From contig NC_092679.1 in the NCBI RefSeq assembly GCF_964355755.1, positions 13,623,432 through 13,687,431 on the forward strand: DNA of 64,000 nt, written 5' to 3'. The position numbers and the translations under genes were made by a program. The DNA is from Antedon mediterranea (lineage: Eukaryota; Animalia; Echinodermata). Positions 1 through 12,389 of the stretch are shown piece after piece (position 1 is the stretch's first letter; each line of letters begins with the position of its first letter). The notes beneath the pieces were generated by a model. That model saw only the letters and a list, made by a program, of their open reading frames with translations. It was not told the origin of the DNA and searched no databases.

Positions 1-959
1 AAACTGTTTATTTCATTTCTGATAAGGTACAAGCGTTTTTACATGTATTTATATTTTCAGGATGTTTCTGACGGGTCACATACAAGAGTTTAAAACAGCA
101 TCAGTACGAAATGGTAAAAGGAATATTGACCCACTAGGGTGAAACAAACGATCAATCTACCGTTCATCAAATTAATTAAATATTCTAGTTGTATATATCT
201 TATGCTATATATATCTTTCGTTATTTTGTACAACAGTATCTGTAAAAACAATTTAGTTTATCCTACTGGTCATGCATTCCTGGCATGTCAACATGATGTC
301 CACTTCAATCGAAAAGTTCATATACGGTACCTGTGGACGAGTATCGATCAACAGCTTGGATAGCACATGTGAAATGAATGTATTCTAAATTCCATTTTTA
401 TTATTTATTTGTTTATTACAATATAAAGAACATCATAAGAGACTATTGTATATACTATAAATAAAAATTGAAATAAAACAAAAGGATTGGAAGCATTTTT
501 ATTTTTGAAAAATATATTTTAATTCATCCTCTATACATAATATTCTGAATATTTACATTAGGTCAAATATATACAGTTATGCAATTATAATTTAAAAAAA
601 AACCCTAAATAAATACAAATTTTAAATCAATGAAATATGTCTTAAGCTATAAATTAAAAATCTAGGAATAAAAAGGCAAATTTATATTTTAAGACTCCTG
701 ATAAAATGATTAAAATCTATAACTAATTCGTCACAAACATCAACAGGTAAACAAATAAGTTGCGGCATATCTCATAATTATACTATTGCTTACGCAAGCT
801 GGTGTTAAGCTTTGATTAGTTTCTTTTAACTAAATCTTATCACCTTTTGTCAATGATGATGATATTGCATAGGCATAACATCAGATAGAGGGCAGTAATT
901 ATATTCAAGACTGAAAAGAAAAGTCTGATGATAAAGATAGTGCAAATGATGAGGAGTCT

Positions 960-1605
960 GTGTGGACAATGGATCTTCGGTTATGTCCTTGGCAAAATGC
1001 CAGTATCACCATGTACTATATAAAACAAAATTACAAGTTTACAATTTCACCCTCTACGACCTAAACAAGAAAGAGGGATATTGATATTGTGGGAAGAACA
1101 TGAAGAGGATTTAAGTAGTGATGTGTTTGTATCAATGCAATATACTCACTTTAACAAACTATCATTCAGCACTGAAATGGGAAGTCCTATCCACAAAGAA
1201 TTAAAATCCCAAATCAGCTCTTTGGATGGATGGGTACAACTGTATAGTGGTCCTAAACCCATAACTCTGCACAAGTACAATGACTTACAGCCCATGAAAC
1301 ATGTACGACCTAAACAAGAAAGAGGGATTGCTATGTGTGGGAAGACATGAAGGGGATTTAAGTAGTGATGTGTTTGCATCAATGAAATATACTCACTTTA
1401 ACAAAGTAACCAAGGGGAAAACCCACTGATTAAAGAGATAATTATCTGAAGCGACGGTTGTGGATACCAAAAACTGTTGCTAATGCATATCTGCTGTTGG
1501 CAATGCCAAAAAGGATAAAAATTACACAAAAATATCTTGTTGCAGGACATACTCAAATGGAAGTTGACAGCATGCATGCAACTATTGAGAGGAAAATTGT
1601 AAGAC
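960..1605 (+). mobile_element. Decayed DDE/D DNA-transposase fragment (superfamily uncertain, possibly Sola-type), with a local duplication
   Basis: Frameshifted translation gives MYY.KTKLQVYNFTLYDLNKKEGY..WEEHEEDLSSDVF, III*SDGCGYQ and KYLVAGHTQMEVDSMHATIERK. Segment ~1055-1155 is repeated at ~1305-1402. Confidence 0.6.
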
Positions 1606-3025
1606 AAGTTTTGCTTCTAATTTTGATCCCTAAGATGGTCTTATATTAATTGTTGATTATTGTTTATTGAAATATTGTTTGTTATATATTGTTTGTAAAT
1701 AAATGTTTATTGAAACTGAAACAGTTTTACCCCGCAGGATTAAATTGTAATGGAGAATTCTCGAAAAAGACCAACACCATAACAGGTTATTCAAGTAAAC
1801 CATTCACAGTTTAGAAAACTGACTGGAGTACAACACCAATGGCCAGATCAGATTCAAATTATCTTTCAACACCGAAACACAATGGGAAGTCCTACCACAA
1901 AGAATTAAAATCCCAAATCAATGTATTGTCACACTATACATACAACTATGTTCATAGTTTACCCCATGTGGAAGTGTGAATATTTCACTATTATTTGGGG
2001 GTGTGGCAGGGGTGTGGGGGAAGGGTTTGGGGAGGGGTGTTGTATAATTTGTAGTTTTTGATTATATTGTGTACCAATGCTGTTTAATGTAAAACAACCT
2101 ATTATGCACACTACATTCACAATATTTTTGCCTAAGTCAGTTTAATAATAGTGTTGCATAATAGTTATGTTGGGTCACTTCCATTGATATTTTGTAGGAA
2201 ACATAATGAAAAAAATATTTGTTTTTAAAGAATTTGTGATGTTTTTTGTCTTTTTCTCAAAACTACAAAAAAATGACTTGGGCATTTTTGTTATTGAGGG
2301 TTAATGCAATAAAACCACAAAGATCAAACGCCTGCGCTCTTTCATTTATGGTACAAATAATGCCATGAGTTGAATGTAGTCAAATGACATTATTTGTACC
2401 ATTCTTTGAATATAAATATTCATTATTTGTTTTATAACACCTAAAATAAAATCCTGTCATTTAGGACAACGGGCTTGCTGTATTCTGGCGCAACCCGGTT
2501 GCTTGGGGAGATTGGCTTAGTCCCACTTTCAGACGGGTTTAGGCAAGAGGAAATGCTGTCTCCTGATGAAAGATTTTTCCACCCAGGACCACCTGGCGAT
2601 CTGTCTGCATCTGAGGGGCAGCCGGGAAGAGGCTGTGCAGATCTGCTACCAGAACTGCCTGATCATTCTGCACAAATTTTCGTCAATAGTGCTGATGGCT
2701 GTGTTTTTTCCTTTACCTATTTCGGCTTCACACTTGCGGCAGAAAACTTCAACACAGAGCAGAAGGAAGGAGGCATGTCGGCACATATACCACACAGATT
2801 ATTGCTACCTGCTAATAAAATCTGACAGGCCTTAATTCACTCCAGCAGGTCAAAGAGTGGGCATGTCACATTTTGTGTACTCGACCACAGAGATAGTCGG
2901 AAGGATCCTAGGCCAGAATTAGAATTGACCCGGAAAAACAGCTGGGATTTCTTTCTAATGTCCTTAGCATCTATTCCAAATCATGAGGTCCAACACGTAG
3001 CTCAAGAGAAGTCTTTTATTTTGGA

Positions 3026-3920
3026 TTTTTAGGTGATCATTTAGAATAAAATGATCACCTATTGTTATTGTACAAAATCTTTATTAGGTGATCATTTAGA
3101 ATAAAATGATCACCTATTGTTATTGTATTAAATTAAAATATTATTCTTCTTTCTATACACTTTTTGTGTAACAATTATCTCAAAAAGTTGAATGGTATTG
3201 ATCACAAGAATTTCACAATGTCTTTCAAATACTTTAACTATAGTTCTAATAAGCTTTTCAGCGTGATCACTCATCTGTGACGTCATTTATACGCCATTTT
3301 GTGAAATCACATTATCAATCATATCTCCATAATTCATTATCACATATTAATGAAATTCACTACACGTAAACTTCAGGTCAAGGGTAAAAATATTAGCAAA
3401 TAAAAATGCACGCGCACGTAGGGTCATGCGCATGAAATCATGCGTTAAAAATTTTAAAAAGCTCAAAATTACGTTTTGATCAATTTAGAGCATGAATTAG
3501 GCCATTTGCATTTAAAAAAAAATTAAACACGTTTTTGCGTGTGTATACATAGAATAGAAAGCGTAAAAAATTGCATTCTACTCATCTTCCTTGGTACATT
3601 CACCAAATTTGAGTCAATTTCGACTTAAAATAGTGCTATACGAGCATGTTAAAAATGACAAAATGCGCACATTAATTGTACAAAAGTGCTAAAAATAAGG
3701 CCTTTTTAAAATGTATATAACTCTTCAGAATGGAAGGTGACCCCCAATTTTTTTTAAACTTATTATGGAAGCCAATGAGTTGTAGATATAAATGTATATA
3801 CACATTTAGACATACAAAATGGTATGATGTCATCATTTGGCCACATAAATTTTTAAAATAGAGTTTTTTCCCCTTTTGTCATAGACCACCATATTCCACA
3901 GTGCGCAACTCGCTTATCTG
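3026..3920 (+). mobile_element. Non-autonomous Helentron/HINE-like element with a duplicated 5' hairpin
   Basis: Starts in a T-run with the palindrome aggtgatcattt-agaat-aaaatgatcacct, present twice (3030, 3086). Internal sequence resembles the element at 29836-30569. The 3' end is approximate. Confidence 0.45.
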
Positions 3921-4334
3921 TGTAATTTTTAATATATACCAATTATGTTATTTATGAGTTTCCTTAAAGAATAGTGCTCGAAGACAGAAACCGGGGTATG
4001 ATAAACTTGTTAAAAAGCCTGGTTTGGATGTTGGACAATTTGTTTGGATGTTCGACCAGACAAAACAAAGGGGCTTGGCCCCCAAGTTAGAATGCAAATG
4101 GAAGGGACCATACTTAATTGTCAACGGATTAAGGCTGAGCCCCAGAGGGCGTGAACATGTGGTTCATTGTGATATGCTGAAGCCATATGAGGGACAATTT
4201 GAACCAACAATTGAACCCGAATTTGAACCAGCAATTAGACCAGAAATTGAACCAGAGACCAATCCTACATTTGAATCAGAGACGGACGTATTCTGCAGAA
4301 ACCCCAGACGGGCCAGGCATAGGCCTAAATCATT

Positions 4335-4604
4335 TTGTACTATTATGATAGTCATGTGTATTTTTGTTCAACAGATCCTGACCGTAGATCCGATGGTAAA
4401 CCGGCTGCAGCACCGGCGGAAAAGAAAGGGCATCCGTGTGAAGTCTGTAAGGGGGTATTTAAGACGGCTGAGAAGCTGCACAGCCACTTGAAACGAACCC
4501 ATAGGTTCAAAAGACGAGAGCCTGAACCCCAGGCCCTGCCGGGTGATGTGGATGTATTGACGCTCTCCGGGGTCACAGTCTCTAGTAGACTCGGTCCTGA
4601 GTGA
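4335..4604 (+). CDS. C2H2 zinc-finger-containing accessory ORF downstream of the Gypsy integrase
   Basis: HPCEVCKGVFKTAEKLHSHLKRTH fits C-x2-C-x12-H-x4-H. A splice-acceptor-like tttttgttcaacag ends at 4374. Confidence 0.5.
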   Translation: MYYYDSHVYFCSTDPDRRSDGKPAAAPAEKKGHPCEVCKGVFKTAEKLHSHLKRTHRFKRREPEPQALPGDVDVLTLSGVTVSSRLGPE

Positions 4605-4871
4605 CCCCCGCAGCCTAAAGTGAAGGTGAGGAGGCTTAGTGGTGGAAAGCCGTCATACCTTAGCTTAGAGCAGAGGAAGCAGTTGACAGAGCCAATTGAC
4701 ACGGAGTCTTCTGATCAAGGGTCAGCCTTGAATCCAGGGTTGATGAGCAGAGTGAGAGAAGTAGTCGAGGACGTGACGATTAAACACTTCATGGAAGATG
4801 GTCGGGTAACAAAGTTGGAGACAATCAAGAGGACTTATCGGTTTTAGTTCCTTAAAGACATTACATCTAGC

Positions 4872-6468
4872 GGTGTCTGATCATTTCGGCCGCCAGTCAT
4901 TTCGGCCGCCGGTTATGGAACGGCCAAAATCATAAAACGGCAAAAAAGACAAAATATGTATTGTTCATTTCGGCCGCCAGAATCGTCAATATTGTTAATA
5001 ACGTATGGCACGCCTTAATTGCCAAAAAGGGTGTATACATGTGCCTAGACTTGCCCCAAGTCTGTATTATCTTTTTTTAAAATTTATTTGTTTTTATTTC
5101 GACCGCGATTTTTGTCTGAAAATACAGACTTGTGAAACACGTATAGAAATCGATTTGCAGACCGCAAACATACGATAAGAATGACGTAGGTTATCATACC
5201 GTATTTGGCTATATGGGGCGGGCGGTATGTAAATATGGATTTCGAATCAACCAATGATCATTTTGTTTCAAAATGAAAGAGATCGAGTACGTAGTAGGCC
5301 TACCAGTGCTTAATGTACGATTGAGACTGTTGAAATATAAAATAGTAATGCCAAGTTGTTTTGTTTATTAATTGTTTAGTCCTTGGTCTAGGCCTCTTTC
5401 GTAGGTCCTACTCAACTCGCACGTATGACCTGCCAAATAAAACGCCAATGAAGTAGGCCTACATACCACCGGCACACAACAGGGCTACACCACTACACAG
5501 AACAGGACAGGGTCTGGGTGGGAATTAAATCAAAATTATCTCCGCGTAATAAATGATCCATTCAATGTTTGATTTGCGGAGAAGCTAGCCTATCATATAT
5601 CAAGACGAGTTTTCATGTTTCAAAGATCCCATCAAATGTTTACCAGACTACAAGGCATATAAAATAATTTCTAGCCTTCAGAACTTTCATAAAATGTACC
5701 CAAGTACACATTGTCTAAACGTAACATAGCGCATGCGCATCATCTTAGTTGTTGAGTCTTTGAAATTCTGAAATATGAATATTTAAACCGTGTACGAGAG
5801 AGTAGCCAATCGCATGCAGCTGAAACTAGTCAACCGGATAATCGTATGCACCAAGAATTCTTGGTGTCAACCCACGTGACTTGTGCGTGTTTCCCCAGAC
5901 ATAGTATCCAAAATCAAGTAGTATACGTATGAAACGCCATATGTGCCAAAATATTTATCTTTTAACTAATATTAAGACAAAACTCCGTCTGGAACCCAGA
6001 CTAACATGTGCCTATCGCCTGAATAGACGTGTGTAAATCACACAGCCAATTCATGACTTATGGAGGGATTATTTTAGTAGTTTTAACTAAAGTATTTCGG
6101 ATTCCAGTATTTCTACATGACTTACTTTATTTCATAGTGGTTGTTGTGGGGGGGGGGGGGGGAGGGTTGTATGGCCCAGGAAGAAGCCGGCGAATGATAG
6201 TAAAATATTGATAGCGCAGCTCCATGTAAATCAAAATGTGTGAACTATGATCGTTTTTGTTGATTGCTTGCTGTTTGAATACGCACGTCTATACAGGCAA
6301 TAGGCACATGTATACGTACACCCTTTTTGACAATTAAGGCGTTCCATACATTAACAATTTTGGCGGCCGAAATAAACAATACATATTTTGTCCTTTTTGG
6401 CGTTTCATGATTTTGGGCGTTCCATAACCGGCGGCCAAAATGACTGGCGGCCGATATGCACTGTGACC
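4872..6468. mobile_element. MITE with long imperfect TIRs (Mutator-like) and an 8-bp TSD
   Basis: Arms of ~170 bp (catttcggccgcc..ggttatggaacg..aaaatatgtattg and its reverse complement). CATCTAGC is directly repeated at 4864-4871 and 6469-6476. Confidence 0.85.
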
Positions 6469-6579
6469 CATCTAGCTACATTTCGTTACATTTGTATTTT
6501 GTTTTAGTTTGTTTAACTTTGTTCCTTTGGATTTGACTTCACAAGATTCAAGGGACGAATCTCTCTAAGGTGGGGGTAA

Positions 6580-6943
6580 TGTGATGAAAATGCACCCTCT
6601 ATCCATGTATAAAGTGTAGTAAGTTCAACAGTTAGAACAGCGGTTTTTTGCTAAAATGTGATTGGCTGGCTCCTTTCTTGGGGGATGGGTTGACATGATT
6701 TAAGAAGTGTACCTCTGTGGAAGCAGGGAGGGAACCGAGGGTAGTAATACGGGTTGGACGTGCTATTATTCGGTTGGTGGTACTGGATTATTCCTTCTTA
6801 CTTGATGAAGGGTGAGTGTTAAATAATAAAAACTATTGGAAATGAATTTATTGTGTTAGTTTTTTATTTATTAGTTTTGACGTGTAGACCACCTGCTGCC
6901 GAACCCGGAGGTTATTAACGTGACCTTATATAAAAACATTACA
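6580..6943 (+). repeat. 3' LTR of the Gypsy remnant
   Basis: TGTGATG...CATTACA termini immediately after the PPT; internal AATAAA near 6825. Confidence 0.7.
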
Positions 6944-7239
6944 ATACATAGGCCTAATATGCCTTTGTGTTTTTTTTCCTCTTCGAAATTGTTTTACTTT
7001 TTAATATTTTTGTAATGGAACTTTACAACTACAGAAATTGCCTTTTTCCTATGTAATTGTAAGGTCCAAGCTGATTGTGGCTAAATAACCTCATCAACCA
7101 GGCTGAACGAGTTATAATATCAATCAATCAACCACAGAGCCTTAAAAGAAATCTGCACTATTGCAGGTTATTGATTCATTACCTACAGAGATGGGTACTG
7201 TAAAAGAAGTCATACTCCAGGGTCCACAGATGGCAGATT

Positions 7240-7900
7240 AGTTCCATTTACAAATTGTCCTTGTATTTAATCAAGCAATTTATGCCAAAATACAAGAGAT
7301 TGGATGGGAAAATAAGTTTTCAGGAGAGATTGGTCGTAAGATTTGGGGAATTTCACACAGCAATGTCATTTATATCTGTAATTGGAAAGTGCTTTGGAGA
7401 AGCAGGCTTAAGAGATGTAGCAATCAAATCTGGAGTTGTTACCCAAGGATGAATCAACGATGTTGTGGTCATCATTACAACCACAGTATGCATACTTAAA
7501 AAGTTATGTTCAAAGCTTTTCAAAGACTGAGGTTTGGTTGCTTTTTAGACATGTTAAAGAAATGCTACTGAAGACTAGTCTTCTTGTGTTTCCTTGTGGT
7601 TGGACAGAAAAGACATATTATTAGCTACCAGAAGTGTTTAAAATACTTCCTTGGTGATGTATCATTTCCATTGTCTAATGCCAAAGAAACCTTAACAAAA
7701 ACAGAGTTGGCATTTACTGAAAGCATTGGTATACAAATGCAAAGATGTTCAGATCATTATTAGGATTCGCCTGAAGAATCAGCTTTATATTATTAGATTG
7801 GCTTAAAAACCAGATCAAAGCTCAAGAAGAAAATTAAGAAAAAGAATAGGCAAATAATGTGTTTGCGAGTATTGAAGGGATGGAACGGTGACTATGTGAA
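7240..7900 (+). mobile_element. Decayed DNA-transposon coding fragment (Academ-like)
   Basis: LVVRFGEFHTAMSFISVIGKCFGEAGLRDVAIKSGVV resembles the LG.FH..M..L..IG....GSGL motif of Academ-type transposases. Many stops follow. Confidence 0.45.
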
Positions 7901-8894
7901 TACAGTGACGCAACACAGTTAAGCCCCTTCTTTATAAGTTTAATCCAACGCATGTAATAACAAATGCAATGGTAAAAACAACAGTATGCACACCAGGTGT
8001 TGCCAATAAAGAATTATTAACAGAAGCATCGTAAGATATTTGTAAGTATATACTTTATTCAAACAAATACGTGCTGTTAAACATAAAATACAGATGCGGA
8101 TCCATTACATATTTGGATTCACAAAGGTCTTATCAAGACAGCATCAGGGAACAACAATGGATTAATTACAGCATATGATAAGGTTGGCCTCATCAAGTGA
8201 AAGCTGTTTGTAACAACCCGGAGGATGGATTTCCATGCCTTTATGGTGCAAGCTTCACCATGGCTGAAGTTTCAGGGGGAGTACTTTCTAAACAATGCAT
8301 CATTGGGAGAAAACCACTTCGATCAAAGGTTGCTGATAGCATCGAGGAATACTCTTGACATTCGATAGTTTTACATTTTCTTGACAACCTCATATAGAAA
8401 TGTTGTTGCAGAAGGAAAAAGATGGGCCACTTCTGAACGCAAGTTCGCACTCTGACTTGTTGGATGCGAGCATGTAATGTACGGAAAAAACGTGGCCAGC
8501 AGCAAGTCGACCCCGGACGAATACAGTGGATAAAGGATAAAGTGATAGTCATATTCAATTCCACTCAACAAACAAATCCAAACATAGAAGCTTTGTGTTC
8601 TGGCAATCGATGGGATGCAGGCGCGTGCAAAATCCTAGACCACAAGCACCACTTTAACGAATTCAGGAACCCCAGTCATCTACTAATCATCTCAAAACAG
8701 TACGGCTTCTATGATGGACCTAAGTGGTGGGAAAATTGTTTAAGTAAAGTACTAACTATTATTTCACTAGGACATTTTTACAAATATTTGTCTTAATAGT
8801 CAAATGAAGTATCATCAAGTAGTGCCATGGAAAAAAAGGGCTTATCAGAAGTGTAGACAGTTTTAAGTAAGAAAATGTAAAGATTGTGCGTGCG

Positions 8895-10476
8895 TGTAGT
8901 GTCGTGTTTGGCATAGTTAGTTGTTAGTAATAAAGCAAAGAAGTAGTAACTCTCGCAAAATCGTGTCTTATATTTCATTCATATTACACAAAATTACATT
9001 GGCGACGACGATGGCGACGTTCACGATACCTGCACCAATGCCTCTAGACATGGATTCAGGCAACATGGCTGAAAGCTGGCGTCGATTTGCGCAAAGATTT
9101 GACAATTTCGAAACAGCGACAGGAGTCAACGCGAAGCCCGAGGCAACACGAGTCGCCACACTCCTGTTGGTAATCGGACAGCGAGCCCTGGAAACATACA
9201 ACACGTTTACGTGGGACGCCGAAACTGACAAAACAAAGATCGGCCCAGTCTTAGCACAGTTAAAGAAATTCTGTGATGGGAAGCGCAATATCACGTATGA
9301 ACGACATATTTTTAACTGCAGGATTCAAAAAGAAGGTGAGAAATTTGATTCCTTTGTTACCTCGCTGAAAAGCCTAGCAGAGACATGCGAGTTTGGTACC
9401 TTGAAAGATAGCCTCATTCTTGATAGGATCGTAATAGGAATCAATAAGCCAAGCCTTAAACAATGCCTACTGCGTACAGAAAATCTAACATTAGACACAG
9501 CAATATCCAAAATACGAGCAGAAACGGCAGCATCCGAACAGATGGAACAAATGAAACAAAGCAAAGCGAGTGATGTTTCCGACGCAACTCAACACGCGAG
9601 AACAGTGCGTTCACACAAAAAAGGTAAACAGAAATACCAAAACACACCACAGGAAAGCAATCCAAGAAAATCACGTACAAGTTCAACAATCTGCACATAC
9701 TGCGGAGGTGAGTACCCTCACAAAAGCAAAAATACGTGTCCAGCATATGGGAAAAAATGCAACAATTGTGGTAAAATGAATCATTATGCTAAACAATGTA
9801 GACAAAAACACAATGCACATGCTGTTGACATCATGTCTAACGATGAAAATGATAGCACAACAAGCGAAGACGAATACTCATTTCATATCACAGGTACCGA
9901 ATCTGAAAAACAACCCAAAGTTAACCTGACCATTCAAGGTAGTACTGTCAATGCAATTATCGATACGGGTGCGACTATAAATATTATGAGTATGTCGACA
10001 TACAAACGCCTGCAACACAAACCACAGCTATATACCGAAAAGCTACCAAAGGTGTTCGGTTATGGAAGCCGACAAGCATTGTGCTTAGCTGGAACCTTCT
10101 CGGCAAACATAACCTATAAAACGAAATCAAAATATCAGCATCATTCTGCGTAGCCGAAAAAGGAGTCGAAACGCTACTCAGTTTTAACACAGCGAAAGCA
10201 CTCGACCTAATTCAAGTAACGTATAACTTGATAACCTGAACTCATAATAACATTTCTATAACACCGCAGATTGTCAATGCTTGACAACCAAATTGTTTAA
10301 AGTTTATTGTTTAGTTTTTATGTAAAAGATGGAGGGATGTAGTGTCGTGTTTGGCACACCATAGTTAGTTGTGTCACGTTTGGCACACCATAGTTAGTTG
10401 TTAGTAATAAAGCAAAGAAGTAGTAACTCTCGCAAAATCGTGTCTTATATTTCATTCATATTACACAACAATTACA
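8895..10476 (+). mobile_element. Mini LTR retrotransposon (Gypsy, Mag-like) encoding only gag and protease
   Basis: 5' LTR 8895-8998 and 3' LTR 10338-10476 (TGTAGT..ATTACA). PBS TGGCGACGA at 9000. PPT aaaagatggaggga at 10324-10337. 5-bp TSD GTGCG at 8890-8894 and 10477-10481. Confidence 0.93.
9011..10153 (+). CDS. Gag-aspartic protease polyprotein of the mini LTR element (frameshift near 10135; natural end probably at stop 10239)
   Basis: Gag motifs W.RF..RF and ERHIFNCRIQKEGEKFDSF; zinc knuckles CTYCG..H..C and CNNCGKMNHYAKQC; protease IIDTGATINIM. The shifted frame continues SFCVAEKGVETLLSFNTAKALDLIQ. Confidence 0.88.
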   Translation: MATFTIPAPMPLDMDSGNMAESWRRFAQRFDNFETATGVNAKPEATRVATLLLVIGQRALETYNTFTWDAETDKTKIGPVLAQLKKFCDGKRNITYERHIFNCRIQKEGEKFDSFVTSLKSLAETCEFGTLKDSLILDRIVIGINKPSLKQCLLRTENLTLDTAISKIRAETAASEQMEQMKQSKASDVSDATQHARTVRSHKKGKQKYQNTPQESNPRKSRTSSTICTYCGGEYPHKSKNTCPAYGKKCNNCGKMNHYAKQCRQKHNAHAVDIMSNDENDSTTSEDEYSFHITGTESEKQPKVNLTIQGSTVNAIIDTGATINIMSMSTYKRLQHKPQLYTEKLPKVFGYGSRQALCLAGTFSANITYKTKSKYQHHSA

Positions 10477-10481
10477 GTGCG

Positions 10482-10930
10482 GTCAAATGCCGCTATAAAA
10501 GCACTGTATCTTTTGTCACATAATCTTGCAAAGATGAGTGATGATATTGAAGACCTAATCAAGACTTCTTTTTCATATGCGGATGACCTACACTCTCCAG
10601 CTTGATACAAGCAAGAAGCACGATTGTGGCGGCATTATTGGGAGTCAGCAGAGGTGACAACCTCCACTTTAAATCACATAACATAAAAAAACAAGATCTT
10701 TCTGAACATCATAACTATAATGCGTATTCTCCCCGCAATTCCAGCTACAAGTGCAAGTGTTGAGCTAACAAATTCTGCTCTGAGGTTTGTTAAGAATACC
10801 TACTGATCAACGATGAGGGAAGAGCGCTTTCACGCCCTTGTTCTTTTTGTACACTCGGATATTTCACTTGATTATAGATATGTATGCCCGTAGGCATCCA
10901 AGAAGAATGTTATTTGATCCCTTGTTAGAA
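10482..10930 (+). mobile_element. hAT transposase C-terminal dimerisation-domain remnant
   Basis: From 10720: MRILPAIPATSASVELTNSALRFVKNTY*STMREERFHALVLFVHSDISLDY..YARRHPRRMLF. Confidence 0.7.
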
Positions 10931-11209
10931 TGCAATGCACGCCACTAACTAAAGGAGGCCAATCAGGGTTGTAACAACACACAACAACTGATGAAGTTTA
11001 GCCAACAGCCAGACAGATTTGTCTTGTAACGAAAGTTAAAATTACTGGTTTAAAATCAATAAACTAAATCAATTTACTAATCAAAACTAGAGGAAAATGT
11101 TTTCACTATTCAATTCTCAAAGAACCTTGGTTAAAATTCTTCTTCTCCTTCTATAATTGCAGAAATTGATAGCCTTTGTAAATAAAAATACAACTCTTTT
11201 ATTTTACTG

Positions 11210-11500
11210 TTATTAATTTATGGTATAGAAGTCTGGGGAAACACTCATTTAACATATTTGAATCAAATAATTTTAATTCAAAAAATGTTTGTACGATGTG
11301 CTACTTTTTCTGATTTTACAGCATCTTCTGCGCCTTTGTTTAAGCAACTTAATATTTTAGATGTTTATAAGTTATGTGAACTGTATGTATTAAAATTTGT
11401 TTCAGATCTTTTTTATTGTACCATACTAGAAACACAAGACTTAATAACCAATTAAACTTAATGCTCCCACAATTTCGTTCCCCACTTGCCCAGAAAAATA
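11210..11500 (+). mobile_element. CR1/L2-group LINE ORF2 C-terminal remnant
   Basis: YGIEVWGNTHLTYLNQIILIQKMFVRCATFSDFTASSAPLFKQLNILDVYKL; similar to the fragment at 57194-57710. Confidence 0.7.
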
Positions 11501-12389
11501 TTATTTATCAAGGACTAGTGACTGGTAGTGAGCTGAATTGAGCTGGTGGGTCTGTAAATTTTCTGGCTGTATATATCAGGGCCATAGGCACCAGCATGGT
11601 TGGTAAGGTTTCAACCTGACCACTTTTTCCACAGAGGTCTTTGACAACCCAGTGGCTTGAACAGAGATTGTTCCCTTTTCTTGAAAAAAACAGACAAATT
11701 TATTTCTTGTGGCTACATCACTGTTATGCACAAGCCGAGATAATGAACCTGTAAAATAGATGTAAAATTGATGCACACTTGAATTGGTATTCAATATTGT
11801 TGTTGAGAATTGAGATCTAGGATCAAACAACGAAACATTGGCCGTGGAGAGCCGTTAGCTGTTGTGGAATGTGGCTTGACCGACGTATGGACAGGACATT
11901 TGGAAAAACAAGGCATGGATACTGGGAGTGTAAGACAACAAGTGTAAATTTTGCTTACTGTCAGGGAATCTCAATCGACAACGAGTCGTTGCCATTCAAA
12001 ATCACAAATTAGTGTGTCATGAGCTACTACAAAACATTGATAAAGGTACTACTGAATCAGTACTACTACAACTAGTACTTGTAGAAGATGTTCCAGGTAC
12101 ATCTGATGATGCTACCTGTAGCACCACCTCCACACCCAAACGAAAAAACCGATGTGAATGCCTGCATTAGTAATTATATAGAATAACAAAAAATTCCTAA
12201 AAAAGACTCAGTGGGTCAAATTTTTTTTTTTTTTTTAAGGGCTTTCCCAAAAACAAAACAAATTCAAGTAATTAAAGGCAATGAAAACGTCAGTGCTGAT
12301 GACTACCTCGGTAGAAATTAATTATTACTTAACTTTAGAATTTACTTGCATATTACAGATGCTACAAATGTATGAAATGTGTATGATTA

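Larger units (their letters stand above)
2486..6943 (+). mobile_element. Internally deleted Gypsy LTR retrotransposon remnant: gag-like piece, integrase C-terminus, extra zinc-finger ORF, PPT and 3' LTR; two nested insertions
   Basis: PBS-like TGGCGCAACC at 2486. Integrase tail LKNSARRQKPGYD..GQFVWMF..PKLECKWKGPYLI..VVHCDMLKPY (3965-4200). gggacgaat..ctaaggtggggg PPT region at 6552-6578, followed by an LTR. The 5' boundary is uncertain and no matching 5' LTR was found. Confidence 0.7.

Noticed and set aside
61-142. Possible terminal exon after ttttcag (MFLTGHIQEFKTASVRNGKRNIDPLG*)
   Set aside because: Too short, no motif, and any upstream exons would be outside the window.
1995-2040. G-rich tract ggggg tgtggcagggg tgtggggg aaggg tttgggg agggg (potential G-quadruplex)
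   Set aside because: Isolated low-complexity tract within decayed repeat DNA with no functional context.
8050-8880. ORFs 8241-8564(-), 8371-8571(-) and 8464-8796(+)
   Set aside because: Only faint resemblance to decayed Academ/hAT transposase pieces; not supportable as genes.
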